Made by a program: the position numbers and the translations under genes. A stretch of DNA of 49,350 nt from the sequence record DRR378314_99. One strand, 5' to 3'. The notes below the pieces were generated by a model. That model was not told the DNA's origin. It searched no databases and worked only from the letters and a program-made list of their open reading frames with translations. The stretch's first letter is position 1, and each line of letters opens with the position of its first letter. Shown here in pieces: positions 27,822 to 38,171 of the stretch.

Positions 27822-30239
27822 ATGACAACCAACGCTCGGATTATCATCATTGGTGGCGGGATCGTCGGCGTTTCGACCTTGTATCATCTGGCCAAAGCAG
27901 GGGAAAAGGATGCCTTGCTGTTGGAACGGCGCGAACTGACCGCCGGGGCCACTTGGCATGCCGCGGGGAACGTGCACACACAATCGGCTTATGCCAATCT
28001 TTCCGCGCTTCAAGCCTATTCGCTACGTCTGTATGACGGGCTGGCCGAAGAGGTCGGTCAGGAGGTGGGCAGCCATGTTGTTGGCGGGTTCTTTCTGGCC
28101 CAAACCAAAGAACGGATGCAAGAATTCAGGCATCTCGCTGGAAAATTCCGCGCGCTCGGGTTGGAATACGAGCTGGTTTCACCCACTGAAATGAAAGACA
28201 AATACCCGCTTTTAAACGTATCCGATCTCGAAGGCGGCGCATGGGATCCAGAAGAGGGATATGTTGACCCCTATTCGGTCACTATGGGGCTAGCTGCAGG
28301 TGCGCGCAAATATGGCGGCAAGATTAAGCGTAATACCCAGATCGACAGCATAACCCGCCTGCCTTCGGGTCATTGGCGGCTGGCCGCAGGCGAAGAGATT
28401 TTCGAATGCGAGATACTTGTTAACTGCGCCGGATTCTGGGCCAATGAAGTTGCCGGAATGGCCGGCACCCGCCTGCCAATCACCAATATGGAACACCAGT
28501 ATCTTGTGACTGATATCATGCCCGAGGTTGAAAAGCTGGGGTATGAGTTGCCGATGATCCGCGACTGCGACAGCCAGTATTACCTACGTCAGGAAGGGCA
28601 GGGCCTGTTGCTTGGCCCCTGGGAGCAAGATTGCTGTCTGGCTTGGCAAGATGATAACGGTCGCGCGCCGTGGTCGTTCGGGCAAGAGCTTTTTGAGGAT
28701 GATTGGGATCGGCTTGAGGATGGGCTTAGTGCAATCTTCCATCGTATTCCGGCACTGGAAAGCGCAGGCATCAAACGCGGTGTGAACGGGGCTATCAGCT
28801 TTGCGCCTGACGGCCGCCCGATCATCGGCCCGATGCCCGGTGTTCCCAACTTTTTTGTCGCCTGTGGATTCCTTGGGGGGATTGCGCAGGGCGGCGGTAT
28901 TGGATTGGCTATGAGCCAATGGATTTTGGAAGGCGAAAGCGAGTTGGATCTGCACTTTATCGACGTGGCCCGCTTCGGCGACTGGACTACGCGTGAATTC
29001 GCCCGCGAGCGCACCCACGAAATTTTACCGATCCGCTACGAACTGATCTATCCCGGTATTGAACGTAAAACCGGTCGCCCGTTGAAAACCACCCCGATCT
29101 ATAATGATCTGTTGGCGCGCAATGCGGTGATGGGCCAGGCCTACGGCTGGGAGCGACCGCTTTGGTATGCGCCCGAAGGCGTGGAACCGAAAGATGTCCC
29201 AAGTTTTGACCGTCCCAACTGGTGGGAACTTGTCGGGAGTGAAGCCAAGGCAATGGCGACGGGCTGTGGCCTGTCGGAAATGTCATCCTACGGAAAATTC
29301 CGCGTCTCCGGCCCTGATGCTGAATCATTTTTGAACCACATAGGATCTGCCAAAGCGCCGATCAGAGCGGGGCGTATGGCGCTATCTTTGATGCTGAATG
29401 AACGTGGTGGGATTGTTGGCGATTTAACCATCGAAAACTCAGGCGATGGCACCTACTACTGCGTTGGCGCGACCCTTGGCGTCGCGCTCTATCATCGCTG
29501 GATGGAGGATCACAAAGGCGGCTTTAATGTGCATATCGAAAACGTCACGGATCAACTGTCTGCGCTTGGCATCGCCGGGCCAAAATCACGTGATCTGCTA
29601 AATGCGTTGTCGGGGGGCGCATTTGACGACTTTCCTTTCATGTCGTCGAAAACGGTAGAGATAGGCCGGGTACGCTGCACGGCAATCCGCATCTCCTTCT
29701 CAGGTGAACTGGGTTGGGAACTCCATTGCCCGATGCTCAATCAAAAAGCACTGTTTGACGTTTTGATGGAGGAAGGCCCCAAACATGATCTGATCCTAGT
29801 TGGTGGGCGCGCCATAGGGATGATGCGCCTTGAGAAAGGTTATCGCAGTTGGGGCGCAGAAATGACTACCGAGGTCACACCGCATGCCGCGTCATTGGAA
29901 CGGTTCTGCTCCACAACCAAAGACTATATCGGTTGTTCGGTCGTGGATGCTGAACGCGAAACGGCACCTGTTAAACGGTTTGTCACACTCGACGTTGACC
30001 CTGCAGCGCCGCCGTGCTGGGGAACTGAGCCGATTTTGAAAGCCGACAAACTGATTGGCTATGTTACATCAGGTGGCATGGGCTGGCGCAGTTGCAAGAT
30101 GCTTGCAGTGGGCTGGATTGATGGCACAAGCGTGTCCGTCGGTGACAAACTGAGCATTCAGATTCTGTTAAACAACTATACTGCTACCGTGGTTGCCGAT
30201 CCAGTCTATGATCCGCAGAACGAGCGTCTTTTGGGATAA
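27822..30239 (+). CDS. GcvT-family FAD-dependent oxidoreductase (dimethylglycine/sarcosine dehydrogenase-like)
   Basis: Motifs IIGGGIVG, GATWHAAG, EHQY, FAPDG, GWERP, SGELGWE and RLEKGY. Confidence 0.92.
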   Translation: MTTNARIIIIGGGIVGVSTLYHLAKAGEKDALLLERRELTAGATWHAAGNVHTQSAYANLSALQAYSLRLYDGLAEEVGQEVGSHVVGGFFLAQTKERMQEFRHLAGKFRALGLEYELVSPTEMKDKYPLLNVSDLEGGAWDPEEGYVDPYSVTMGLAAGARKYGGKIKRNTQIDSITRLPSGHWRLAAGEEIFECEILVNCAGFWANEVAGMAGTRLPITNMEHQYLVTDIMPEVEKLGYELPMIRDCDSQYYLRQEGQGLLLGPWEQDCCLAWQDDNGRAPWSFGQELFEDDWDRLEDGLSAIFHRIPALESAGIKRGVNGAISFAPDGRPIIGPMPGVPNFFVACGFLGGIAQGGGIGLAMSQWILEGESELDLHFIDVARFGDWTTREFARERTHEILPIRYELIYPGIERKTGRPLKTTPIYNDLLARNAVMGQAYGWERPLWYAPEGVEPKDVPSFDRPNWWELVGSEAKAMATGCGLSEMSSYGKFRVSGPDAESFLNHIGSAKAPIRAGRMALSLMLNERGGIVGDLTIENSGDGTYYCVGATLGVALYHRWMEDHKGGFNVHIENVTDQLSALGIAGPKSRDLLNALSGGAFDDFPFMSSKTVEIGRVRCTAIRISFSGELGWELHCPMLNQKALFDVLMEEGPKHDLILVGGRAIGMMRLEKGYRSWGAEMTTEVTPHAASLERFCSTTKDYIGCSVVDAERETAPVKRFVTLDVDPAAPPCWGTEPILKADKLIGYVTSGGMGWRSCKMLAVGWIDGTSVSVGDKLSIQILLNNYTATVVADPVYDPQNERLLG

Positions 30240-30275
30240 GCAGCGGTGTAGGTCCGGGCACAGAAATGAGTAATG

Positions 30276-30973
30276 TCATCCGCGAGATAATGCGCGATGG
30301 CCTTTTTCGTTTATTGTGATCTTCAGATCGAAACACTCAAGCGGCAGCGTTAGCCTGGCAGTTGTGTTCTGCAGGCTTAAAGACGCAGACCATCCATGGT
30401 GCAGATGGCGCACCGTTTGCATAAACGGCCTGCGGTCTTCTATGTTGGATTTCTGGTCGGCGGTATAACGTCTGAGAACTAACAGCCGGTCGGCCTGAGT
30501 TGTACGAGCGCTACCCGTCTTTTGCCAATGAATCAGAAGCGCGGCATCTTTCGCATCGTAAAGAATGTGTTGAACCCGTGTGCCCTGCTCCGGACAAAGA
30601 GAATAGACCTCATTGGTCGCATTTGTATCGCGGGCAATTTCACGCACCGAGTTCGACGCCCAATCGGGTTTGACGTCTCGCAGACATTAAAGTTGCGCGG
30701 TAATATCATAGAAGCCTGCGGCTTCGGTTTGGATTGCATGTCCAACTCTGGGGTCACTTCTTTCAGAGCCGCAAGTGTTTCCTTGTAGCGGCCTGCGTCC
30801 AGCGAATGCCTACCTTCGTGATAGCGCAAGTGGAGATGTAGCCCATCCGCGCCAGCCAATTAGCGGGCGATGGCAGCTGCCATGATTTCTTCGGTTGTCT
30901 CAGGCAGTGCGGGGTGATTGTTATGACCACCCTGCGTGCAGTTTGGAGCGACCACTATATAGGTATGCGTCAC
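30276..30973 (-). pseudogene. Beta-keto acid cleavage enzyme (BKACE/Kce, DUF849) pseudogene
   Basis: From GTG 30973: THTYIVVAPN...HPALPETTEEIMAAAIAR*LAGADGLHLHLR..GRHSLDAGRY, with an in-frame TAA at 30860-30862. Frameshifted segments follow (EAAGFYD; REIARD..QHILYD). Confidence 0.8.
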
Positions 30974-30976
30974 GGA

Positions 30977-33370
30977 TTAGCCTTTCATCCGACTGCCATC
31001 GGGATCGAACAGCGGACCGATAGTCACGGTTGCGTCAAACAGGTCTCGGGCGATATCGAGTTGCACCCGAGATCCGTCATCGATGGGACCTTTGACGTGG
31101 CCCAAGGCAATGGGCTTGCCCACGCGATAGCCGAAGGCGCAGGAACTGGTCTGGCCGATAATTTTGCCATCCAGATAAATTGGCTCGTACCCCAATGGCA
31201 CGGCGGACTCGTCATCCAGCCTGAGTGATATCAAATGCGACTGTGCTCCGTTTGTGCGACGTTCCGCAAGTGCACCGGCTCCGATAAAGCCGCCTTTCTT
31301 ACGGATAGCAAAGTCCAAATCGGTTTCAATCGGGCTCACATCGCTATCCAGCTCATGCCCCATGGCGCAGAAGGCCTTTTCAATCCGCATCGAAGATTGG
31401 GCGAACAAACCTGCCGGTTTTGCACCGGCCTCTACCAGAGTCGCATATACCTCCGAGGCATCTCCTGCATTCATGGTGATTTCCCAGCCCGCCTCGCCTA
31501 CATAGGACATCCGCGCAGCACGTACATGGTTTCCAGCAATTTGTGCCGAACCGACCTTGAAATAGCCAAGTTCATTCAGCTCAGGTGCGCCGCATTCAGA
31601 AACGATCCGCGTCGCCTCAGGTCCCATGAGTCCGAGGACGGCATAGTCTTCGGTGCTGTCTGTCAAGGCGACGTCAAAGCCGACGGAATGAGTGTGGAAC
31701 CAGGCCAGATCGCGCTTGATGGCATTGGTGCCAACGAACAGGCGGTAGTGGTCGGCGGCGATGCGCTGCGCGGTGATATCGCTTTCAAACGTGCCCCGCT
31801 CGTTCAGCACCGAAGTGTAAATCACCGATCCAGGCGCACGCCCCATATAGCCTGCACAAACCTTCAGAAGGAACGCTTCGGCATCCGGTCCTTGCACCTC
31901 GACCTTTCCGAAAGGAGAAGCGTCAAAGATGGCGGCGCTTTCGTGGGCGGCCATGACCTCGGCACGGACATTTTCGAACCAATCAGGACGGCCAAAGGTC
32001 ATCCGTGGCTCTTCGGTCTTGCCGAAATAAAGCGGGCGCTCCCAGCCATAGAACTGACCAAATTGAGCGCCCGCCGCGCGGTGTTCATTGTCAAGGGGGA
32101 GTTGCCTCAAATCCCGCGCGGTTTTTAGCTGCTTACCTGGAAATGCTATTTCATAATGCGTTCCAAGAATCTCTGGGGCGCGGGCAATCAGGTGATCAAT
32201 GTTGTTGAAAATCGGAGCAAAGCGCTTGGCATCGGCCTCGGTTAAATCATAGGCCGTGTGGCCGTGCACGATGCAATGGGCAAGGTTCATGCCTGCGCCA
32301 CCACCTGAGGCGATCCCAACGGAGTTCATGCCACAGCCAAGAAACAGCCCTTTGGTTTCAGCTGTTTCCCCCAGCATGAATGTACCATCAGGTGTGAAAC
32401 TTTCCGGCCCGTTCAGCAGCATTTTGACTTCGGCAGTCTCCAGTGCGGGCAGGCGATGAAGCGCGTTCATCATCATCGGTTCGAAATGATCCCAATCTTC
32501 AGGCAACAAGGCGAATTCGAAATTCTCATCTAGAATGCCAGGTGAAATGGGTTTGCCCAGTGGTTCAAAACATCCCACCAATAGCCCGCCACTATCGTCG
32601 CGGATATAGAGGTGGTTATCGTGGTCAGACAGGGTTGGCGTGTTGCCGACAATGCCGTTAATGGGCTTGGTCACAAGGTAAAAATGCTCGCAGGCCAGCG
32701 CAGGTACTTCGGCCCCTGCCATGGCACCCGCTTCGCGAGACCAAAGACCGGTACACAGAGCAATCGCATCGCACAAGATCGTGCCTTGCGTGGTTTCCAC
32801 GCCTTTAACGCGGCCATTTTTGGTCAGTATGCCGGTGACGCCGGTATCTTCGAAGATCTTGGCCCCCAAGGGTTTTGCTGCTTTGACTAGCGCCGCGCAG
32901 ACATCTGAGGGTGAAACCCGGCCATCGTCAGGTGACCAGACCCCCCCCAGCACGTCCTCGGCATTCATCAGCGGCCAGCGTTCCTTGGCCTCTTCAGGCG
33001 ACACCGAAACCGCGTCGATCCCATAGGCATGGGCCAGCGCTTCCTGCCGTTTCACATGGATCAGGCGGTCGGGATTGGTGGCAATCGAAAGCGATCCCTT
33101 TTGAATCCAACCCACATTCTGCCCGGTTTCTTCCTCGAGCTGAGAATAGAGGTCCACTGAATACTGGATCATACGGGTCAGGTTTTGCGAATGCCGCAAG
33201 GCCCGCACCTGGGCCGCCGAATGCCAAGTTGTACCGCTGGTCAGTTTGTTTCGCTCCAGCAGGATCGCGTCCGAAACGCCCATCTTGGCAAGGTGATAAA
33301 GCGTCGAGCAGCCCATGATGCCACCGCCGATCACAACGACAGAGGCATGAGAAGGAAGGGGGTGAACCAT
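30977..33370 (-). CDS. GcvT-family FAD-dependent oxidoreductase (sarcosine/dimethylglycine dehydrogenase-like)
   Basis: Motifs VIGGGIMG, GTTWHSAA, EHFY, GPESFTPDG, GWERP, DASPFGK, SYVGEAGWE and RIEK. Confidence 0.92.
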   Translation of the reverse strand: MVHPLPSHASVVVIGGGIMGCSTLYHLAKMGVSDAILLERNKLTSGTTWHSAAQVRALRHSQNLTRMIQYSVDLYSQLEEETGQNVGWIQKGSLSIATNPDRLIHVKRQEALAHAYGIDAVSVSPEEAKERWPLMNAEDVLGGVWSPDDGRVSPSDVCAALVKAAKPLGAKIFEDTGVTGILTKNGRVKGVETTQGTILCDAIALCTGLWSREAGAMAGAEVPALACEHFYLVTKPINGIVGNTPTLSDHDNHLYIRDDSGGLLVGCFEPLGKPISPGILDENFEFALLPEDWDHFEPMMMNALHRLPALETAEVKMLLNGPESFTPDGTFMLGETAETKGLFLGCGMNSVGIASGGGAGMNLAHCIVHGHTAYDLTEADAKRFAPIFNNIDHLIARAPEILGTHYEIAFPGKQLKTARDLRQLPLDNEHRAAGAQFGQFYGWERPLYFGKTEEPRMTFGRPDWFENVRAEVMAAHESAAIFDASPFGKVEVQGPDAEAFLLKVCAGYMGRAPGSVIYTSVLNERGTFESDITAQRIAADHYRLFVGTNAIKRDLAWFHTHSVGFDVALTDSTEDYAVLGLMGPEATRIVSECGAPELNELGYFKVGSAQIAGNHVRAARMSYVGEAGWEITMNAGDASEVYATLVEAGAKPAGLFAQSSMRIEKAFCAMGHELDSDVSPIETDLDFAIRKKGGFIGAGALAERRTNGAQSHLISLRLDDESAVPLGYEPIYLDGKIIGQTSSCAFGYRVGKPIALGHVKGPIDDGSRVQLDIARDLFDATVTIGPLFDPDGSRMKG

Positions 33371-33523
33371 TGGTTTTCTGTCTTTCTGAATAGACGAGTT
33401 CCAATCGGCCCGTCAGTCGTAGAGTTGCCAGTGAAAGAACAAATAAATTACGATGACAGTCAATATTGCCAGATAAATAACTTTGGTTATTACCCGCAAT
33501 CATGTCGAATGGAGCGAATCAAG

Positions 33524-34411
33524 ATGGACCCAACACTAAAATCCAAAACAATTTCAAAGCTTAAGGAGGGTATATCCAGTTTTCCCCCCCGCATGCAGGT
33601 TGTTGCCAAGTATATCCTCGACAACCCTGCAGACTTTGGACTCGACTTCGTGCGAGAAACTGCACGCAAGGCTGACGTAAGCACATTCACCCTGGTTCGG
33701 CTGGCCGAAAAACTCGGTTTCAATAGCTTTGAGGAACTCCGCGAACCGTTCCGGCACGCGTTGGTTTCAACGACCGAACTGCAGGAGCGACCTGACTGGA
33801 TCAATGGCCTGTTTGACGAAGGCGAGGTCGGACATTTTCAAGCCGAAGCAGCTTTGAATACGCTTTCCAATACGCAAAGGTCTTTGGAACGCCAAACTCC
33901 CGAATTGTTGGACGAGATCGTGACGCTGCTTCTGTCAGCGGATACAACATTTGTGACGGCGGTAAGAGCCAGCTATGCCATGGCTTTCTATTTTCACTAT
34001 GTCGGTCGTATGGCGTTGACATCACTTGAGCTTATCCCTCGCCACATGGGCAGCGCGGTGGATGAACTGATACGCGCCAAACCCGGTGATGCCGTTATTG
34101 CTATTACGTTGACACCCTACTCTCGCGAGACAGTCGAAGCCTGTAAATTTGCCCAGGAGCGCGGCGCGAAACTAATCCTGTTAACCGATTCGGATATCAT
34201 CTCACCCGACCTTAAGCCGAACTATCTGCTGACGGTATCTTCTAACAGTACCCACCATTTTGCCTGCTACTCTGGCGCAATCGCGGTGTTGGAGACGTTG
34301 CTCGCATTATTGATGAAACGAGGTGGGCATGATGCATCGGAAAGAATCACTTCTTATGAAGAGGCGCGGATCGCTCAGAATGCCTATGTGACTATCGCGA
34401 AAAAACAGTAG
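33524..34411 (+). CDS. RpiR/MurR-family transcriptional regulator
   Basis: HTH VSTFTLVRLAEKLGFNSF and SIS domain ITLTPYS/LTDS. Start at ATG 33524 behind GGAG. Confidence 0.88.
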   Translation: MDPTLKSKTISKLKEGISSFPPRMQVVAKYILDNPADFGLDFVRETARKADVSTFTLVRLAEKLGFNSFEELREPFRHALVSTTELQERPDWINGLFDEGEVGHFQAEAALNTLSNTQRSLERQTPELLDEIVTLLLSADTTFVTAVRASYAMAFYFHYVGRMALTSLELIPRHMGSAVDELIRAKPGDAVIAITLTPYSRETVEACKFAQERGAKLILLTDSDIISPDLKPNYLLTVSSNSTHHFACYSGAIAVLETLLALLMKRGGHDASERITSYEEARIAQNAYVTIAKKQ

Positions 34412-34501
34412 TTATCAGGTTACACAAAGAAAAACGGAGGCTATGCCTTTCTCACCAAATGTAATCCGGCTGCCTTGTGCGGCTTCTAAGGGAGGAAAAG
34501 C

Positions 34502-35470
34502 ATGGAAGTTACCAACTTCGTTTTCGCGGCTGCTACCGCTGCTCTAGTGGGGATTGGGGGGGCTGCGACAGCGCAGGATCAACAATTCATCACAATCGGC
34601 ACCGGCGGTGTAACCGGTGTGTACTATCCAGCGGGTGGCGCAATTTGTCGTCTTGTCAACGCGGGCCGCAAAGAACATGGTATCCGCTGCTCTGTGGAAT
34701 CCACTGGTGGTTCAGTTTACAACACACGAACCATTCGTCAGGGCGAGTTGGACTTCGGAATGGTGCAGTCAAATGTACAAAGCGACGCTATCTCTGGAAA
34801 AGGCGAGTTCGAAGGTAAACCGTTCGAAGGCCTGCGCGCTGTCTTCTCCGTGCATCCTGAACCTCTCCACATCATGCTTCGCGCCGACTCGGGCATCGAG
34901 AAAGTAGTCGATTTCCGTGGCAAGCGTGTGAACATCGGTAACCCCGGCTCTGGCCAGCGTACATTGGCCGATGTTTTGATCCCGGCCGCGGGTGTGAGTA
35001 TGGACGAACTTGGCGTTGCTTCGGAGCTGAAATCCTCGGAACAGGCTGCTGCGCTTTGCGATGGTAAACTTGACGCCGCCATTTGGGCCGCAGGTATTCC
35101 GAACGGTTCCACCATGGAAGCAGCATCAACCTGCGACATCAAGCTTATGGACATGACAGACACCGGCACCTTCAAGGTACTGGATGGCAACCCGGCCTAT
35201 GCTGCGGCAACCATTCCGGGCGGCTCGTATCCCGGCAATCCAGATGATATCGCATCTTGGGGCACTCGCGGTACCTTTGTGACTTCGGCCGACACACCTG
35301 AAGAAGTCGTCTATGCGGTGACAAAAGCCGTCTTTGAAAACTTTGAAGACTTCAAAAAGCTGCATCCTGCCTTTGGGACACTAACCGAAGCCGATATGAC
35401 CTCAAAAGCGCTTTCTGCTGAAATCCACCCCGGTGCGATGAAGTACTACAAAGAACGCGGCTGGAAGTAA
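34502..35470 (+). CDS. TAXI-family TRAP transporter solute-binding protein
   Basis: Signal peptide; motifs IGTGGVTGVYY, STGGSVYN, GNPGSG and HPGA. Confidence 0.93.
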   Translation: MEVTNFVFAAATAALVGIGGAATAQDQQFITIGTGGVTGVYYPAGGAICRLVNAGRKEHGIRCSVESTGGSVYNTRTIRQGELDFGMVQSNVQSDAISGKGEFEGKPFEGLRAVFSVHPEPLHIMLRADSGIEKVVDFRGKRVNIGNPGSGQRTLADVLIPAAGVSMDELGVASELKSSEQAAALCDGKLDAAIWAAGIPNGSTMEAASTCDIKLMDMTDTGTFKVLDGNPAYAAATIPGGSYPGNPDDIASWGTRGTFVTSADTPEEVVYAVTKAVFENFEDFKKLHPAFGTLTEADMTSKALSAEIHPGAMKYYKERGWK

Positions 35471-35494
35471 TCCTTTCCAAATCAACCGAGCCGT

Positions 35495-35517
35495 CCGCGC
35501 CCTGTTACTGGGCGCGG
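35495..35517 (+). other. GC-rich intergenic hairpin after the binding-protein gene (possible mRNA stabiliser or attenuator)
   Basis: CCGCGCCC-TGTTACT-GGGCGCGG. Confidence 0.45.
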
Positions 35518-35552
35518 TGACGTGAAAGGTGCATAAATGAAAGTGGCAATCC

Positions 35553-38171
35553 ATGGTTGAGAGCAAGAACACTGGCGGCGGTACGACACAAGCCAAACCG
35601 GATAATGATCTGGTAGATATGCTTGTTGAATCAGATACAGGCGCCCGTGCGCCGCGTGACAAGTTCTCAATAAACGCTCTTTTCTACATTCCGCTTGCTT
35701 GGTCCCTTTTCCAACTCTGGATCGCTTCTCCGCTTCCATTCATGCTGCGTGTTGGCCTTTGGAACGACACGCAAACTCGGGCCATCCACCTGGGTTTTTC
35801 GGTCTTTCTGGCCTTTATTGCCTTTCCCGCTCTGCGCTCTAGCCCTCGTGATCGGATTCCGCTGACAACATGGTTGGTCGCAGGGATTGCAGCCGCGGCG
35901 GCGTCGTATCTTTGGTGGGATTATGTTGGTGTTTCCAACCGAACTGGCGAACCCAATTTAACTGATCTAGCTGTGGCCGGTATTGGTCTTGTGTTGCTGC
36001 TCGAGGCCGCACGTCGGTCATTGGGTTTCCCGCTCATGGGGGCAGCGCTGTTTTTTCTAGCCTATGTGTTCTTTGGGTCTTGGGATGGTCTGCCAGACGT
36101 CATTCGCTGGAAAGGCGCAAGTTTTGAAAAAGCCATGAGCCATATGTGGCTCACCTCGGAGGGCGTCTTTGGCGTCGCTCTTGGCGTTTCCTCGGGTTTT
36201 GTTTTTCTGTTTGTTTTATTTGGTGCGTTGCTGAATCAAGCCGGGGCCGGGAACTATTTTTTGCAATTGGCCTTCGCCGCTCTTGGGCACCTGCGTGGTG
36301 GCCCGGCAAAAGCGGCCGTTATCGCATCTGCGGCAACTGGTCTGGTTTCGGGCTCATCAATCGCCAATGTTGTAACAACCGGCACTTTTACGATCCCTCT
36401 TATGAAAAAAGTCGGTTTTTCGTCCGTAAAAGCCGGTGCGATCGAAGTTTCATCCTCGATTAACGGAGTTTTGACTCCGCCTGTTATGGGCGCTGTGGCC
36501 TTCCTGATGGCGGAATATGTAGGCGTGTCCTACGTGACCGTTGTGAAAACCGCAATTATTCCGGCGGCGATTTCCTACATCGCCTTGGTCTATATCGTCC
36601 ACTTGGAAGCCTTAAAAAGCGGTATGAAGGGCACGTCCCGGATGCACCCCGTAAAGTTCTATCTGGGCGCAATTTTTATTATTGCTATCTCTATCTTTAT
36701 TGCCGGTGGATCGCTCTACGTTGCGGGGTTGCTGATTAACGGCCTTGAAAGTGTCGCAGGGCTGGCCGCGACGCCCGTCGTGATTGGTGTGCTCCTCCTC
36801 GCATACATCTTGGCTGTTCGGTATGCCGCACAGATTGACGACTTGGCCCCACGGGTGGACTCGCTTGAGGCTCTTCCGAAAACAAGCGCGATCTTTAAAA
36901 CCGGCATCCACTATCTGCTACCGTTGTTCATCCTGATGTATATGCTGATCATCGAACGTAAATCGCCCGGGCTTTCGGCCTTTTGGACCACCATGGTCAT
37001 GTTGGTCATTCTGTTAACGCAGAAACCGCTCAAGTCGTTCTTCCGTGGTCAAGCCGGCCTTTTGGTGGACTTGAAAAGCGGAATTTCAGATATCGGTGAA
37101 GGTATGGTGGCGGGTGCGCGAAACATGATTGGTCTGGCCGCTGCAATGGGGGTTGCCGGTCTTGTTGTAGGGGCGGTCACGCTTACCGGCGTTGGTCAAG
37201 TCATGGCTGAATTCGTTGAGTATCTCTCGGGTGGCAACGTAGTTCTGATGCTGGTCTTTGTTGCTCTGATCTCGATCGTTCTGGGTATGGGGCTTCCGAC
37301 CACAGCAAACTATATCGTAGTGTCCTCGTTGATGGCCGGTGTGGTGGTCGAACTTGGCGCGCAATCAGGTCTGGTTGTGCCGCTGATCGCCGTGCACATG
37401 TTTGTCTTCTACTATGGGATCATGTCAGATACGACGCCTCCTGTTGGCCTTGCCTTTTTCGCCGCCGCGGCAATTTCCAAGGGTGATCCAATGCGAACCG
37501 GCATGCAATCATTTTATTATTCCAGCCGGACCGCGTTACTGCCGTTCCTTTTCGTCTTCAATACCGACCTGTTGCTGATTGATGTTGGCCCAATTCAGGC
37601 GGTCTTTGTCTTCTGTATGGCCTCGATAGCGATGCTGCTTTTCGCTGCAGGAACAATGGGGTATTTTGTCACCCGGTCAAAAGTTTGGGAAAGTGTCACG
37701 CTGGTTCTGATGGCGCTCAGTCTCTTTCGCCCAGGGTTCTTCCTGGACCAGATTTCACCAGAATTTGAAACCCGCCCGGCCAACGAAATATTTGTGCTTG
37801 CTGAAGGCGGACCAGCGGACACTAATCTGCGTGTTCGATTAGTCGGTGAAAGCCTAGAAGGTGAACAAATCGATGCAAAGTATCTGTTGCCGCTTGGTGA
37901 TAGTGGCCGGGATGGCCAAACTCGCCTGATGGTTTCCGCAGGGATCGAGTTCCGGAAAGAAGGCGATAAGTACTTTGTTGATAATCTGACCTTCGGCGGA
38001 AACGCCGAGCAGCTTGGGATCGATTTCGATTGGGAAGTTGCAGAGCTTGAAATAGGCGCTGATCGGATGCCGAAAGAGCTATTCTATATTCCAGCACTCT
38101 TGCTGGTTGGGCTGGTTGCGCTCCTGCAAAACCGGCGCAAAACCAAGACCGAATTGAGGGCTGCCAAATGA
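35553..38171 (+). CDS. TRAP transporter fused permease (4TM/12TM)
   Basis: Motifs GGPAKAAV, SGSSIANVVTTG, PPVMGA, GMGLPTTANY and DTTPPV; 872 aa and hydrophobic. Confidence 0.93.
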   Translation: MVESKNTGGGTTQAKPDNDLVDMLVESDTGARAPRDKFSINALFYIPLAWSLFQLWIASPLPFMLRVGLWNDTQTRAIHLGFSVFLAFIAFPALRSSPRDRIPLTTWLVAGIAAAAASYLWWDYVGVSNRTGEPNLTDLAVAGIGLVLLLEAARRSLGFPLMGAALFFLAYVFFGSWDGLPDVIRWKGASFEKAMSHMWLTSEGVFGVALGVSSGFVFLFVLFGALLNQAGAGNYFLQLAFAALGHLRGGPAKAAVIASAATGLVSGSSIANVVTTGTFTIPLMKKVGFSSVKAGAIEVSSSINGVLTPPVMGAVAFLMAEYVGVSYVTVVKTAIIPAAISYIALVYIVHLEALKSGMKGTSRMHPVKFYLGAIFIIAISIFIAGGSLYVAGLLINGLESVAGLAATPVVIGVLLLAYILAVRYAAQIDDLAPRVDSLEALPKTSAIFKTGIHYLLPLFILMYMLIIERKSPGLSAFWTTMVMLVILLTQKPLKSFFRGQAGLLVDLKSGISDIGEGMVAGARNMIGLAAAMGVAGLVVGAVTLTGVGQVMAEFVEYLSGGNVVLMLVFVALISIVLGMGLPTTANYIVVSSLMAGVVVELGAQSGLVVPLIAVHMFVFYYGIMSDTTPPVGLAFFAAAAISKGDPMRTGMQSFYYSSRTALLPFLFVFNTDLLLIDVGPIQAVFVFCMASIAMLLFAAGTMGYFVTRSKVWESVTLVLMALSLFRPGFFLDQISPEFETRPANEIFVLAEGGPADTNLRVRLVGESLEGEQIDAKYLLPLGDSGRDGQTRLMVSAGIEFRKEGDKYFVDNLTFGGNAEQLGIDFDWEVAELEIGADRMPKELFYIPALLLVGLVALLQNRRKTKTELRAAK

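Noticed and set aside
33185-33523. N-terminal extension of the RpiR ORF to 408 aa
   Set aside because: It overlaps the divergent GcvT-family gene; the HTH domain and RBS indicate a start at 33524.
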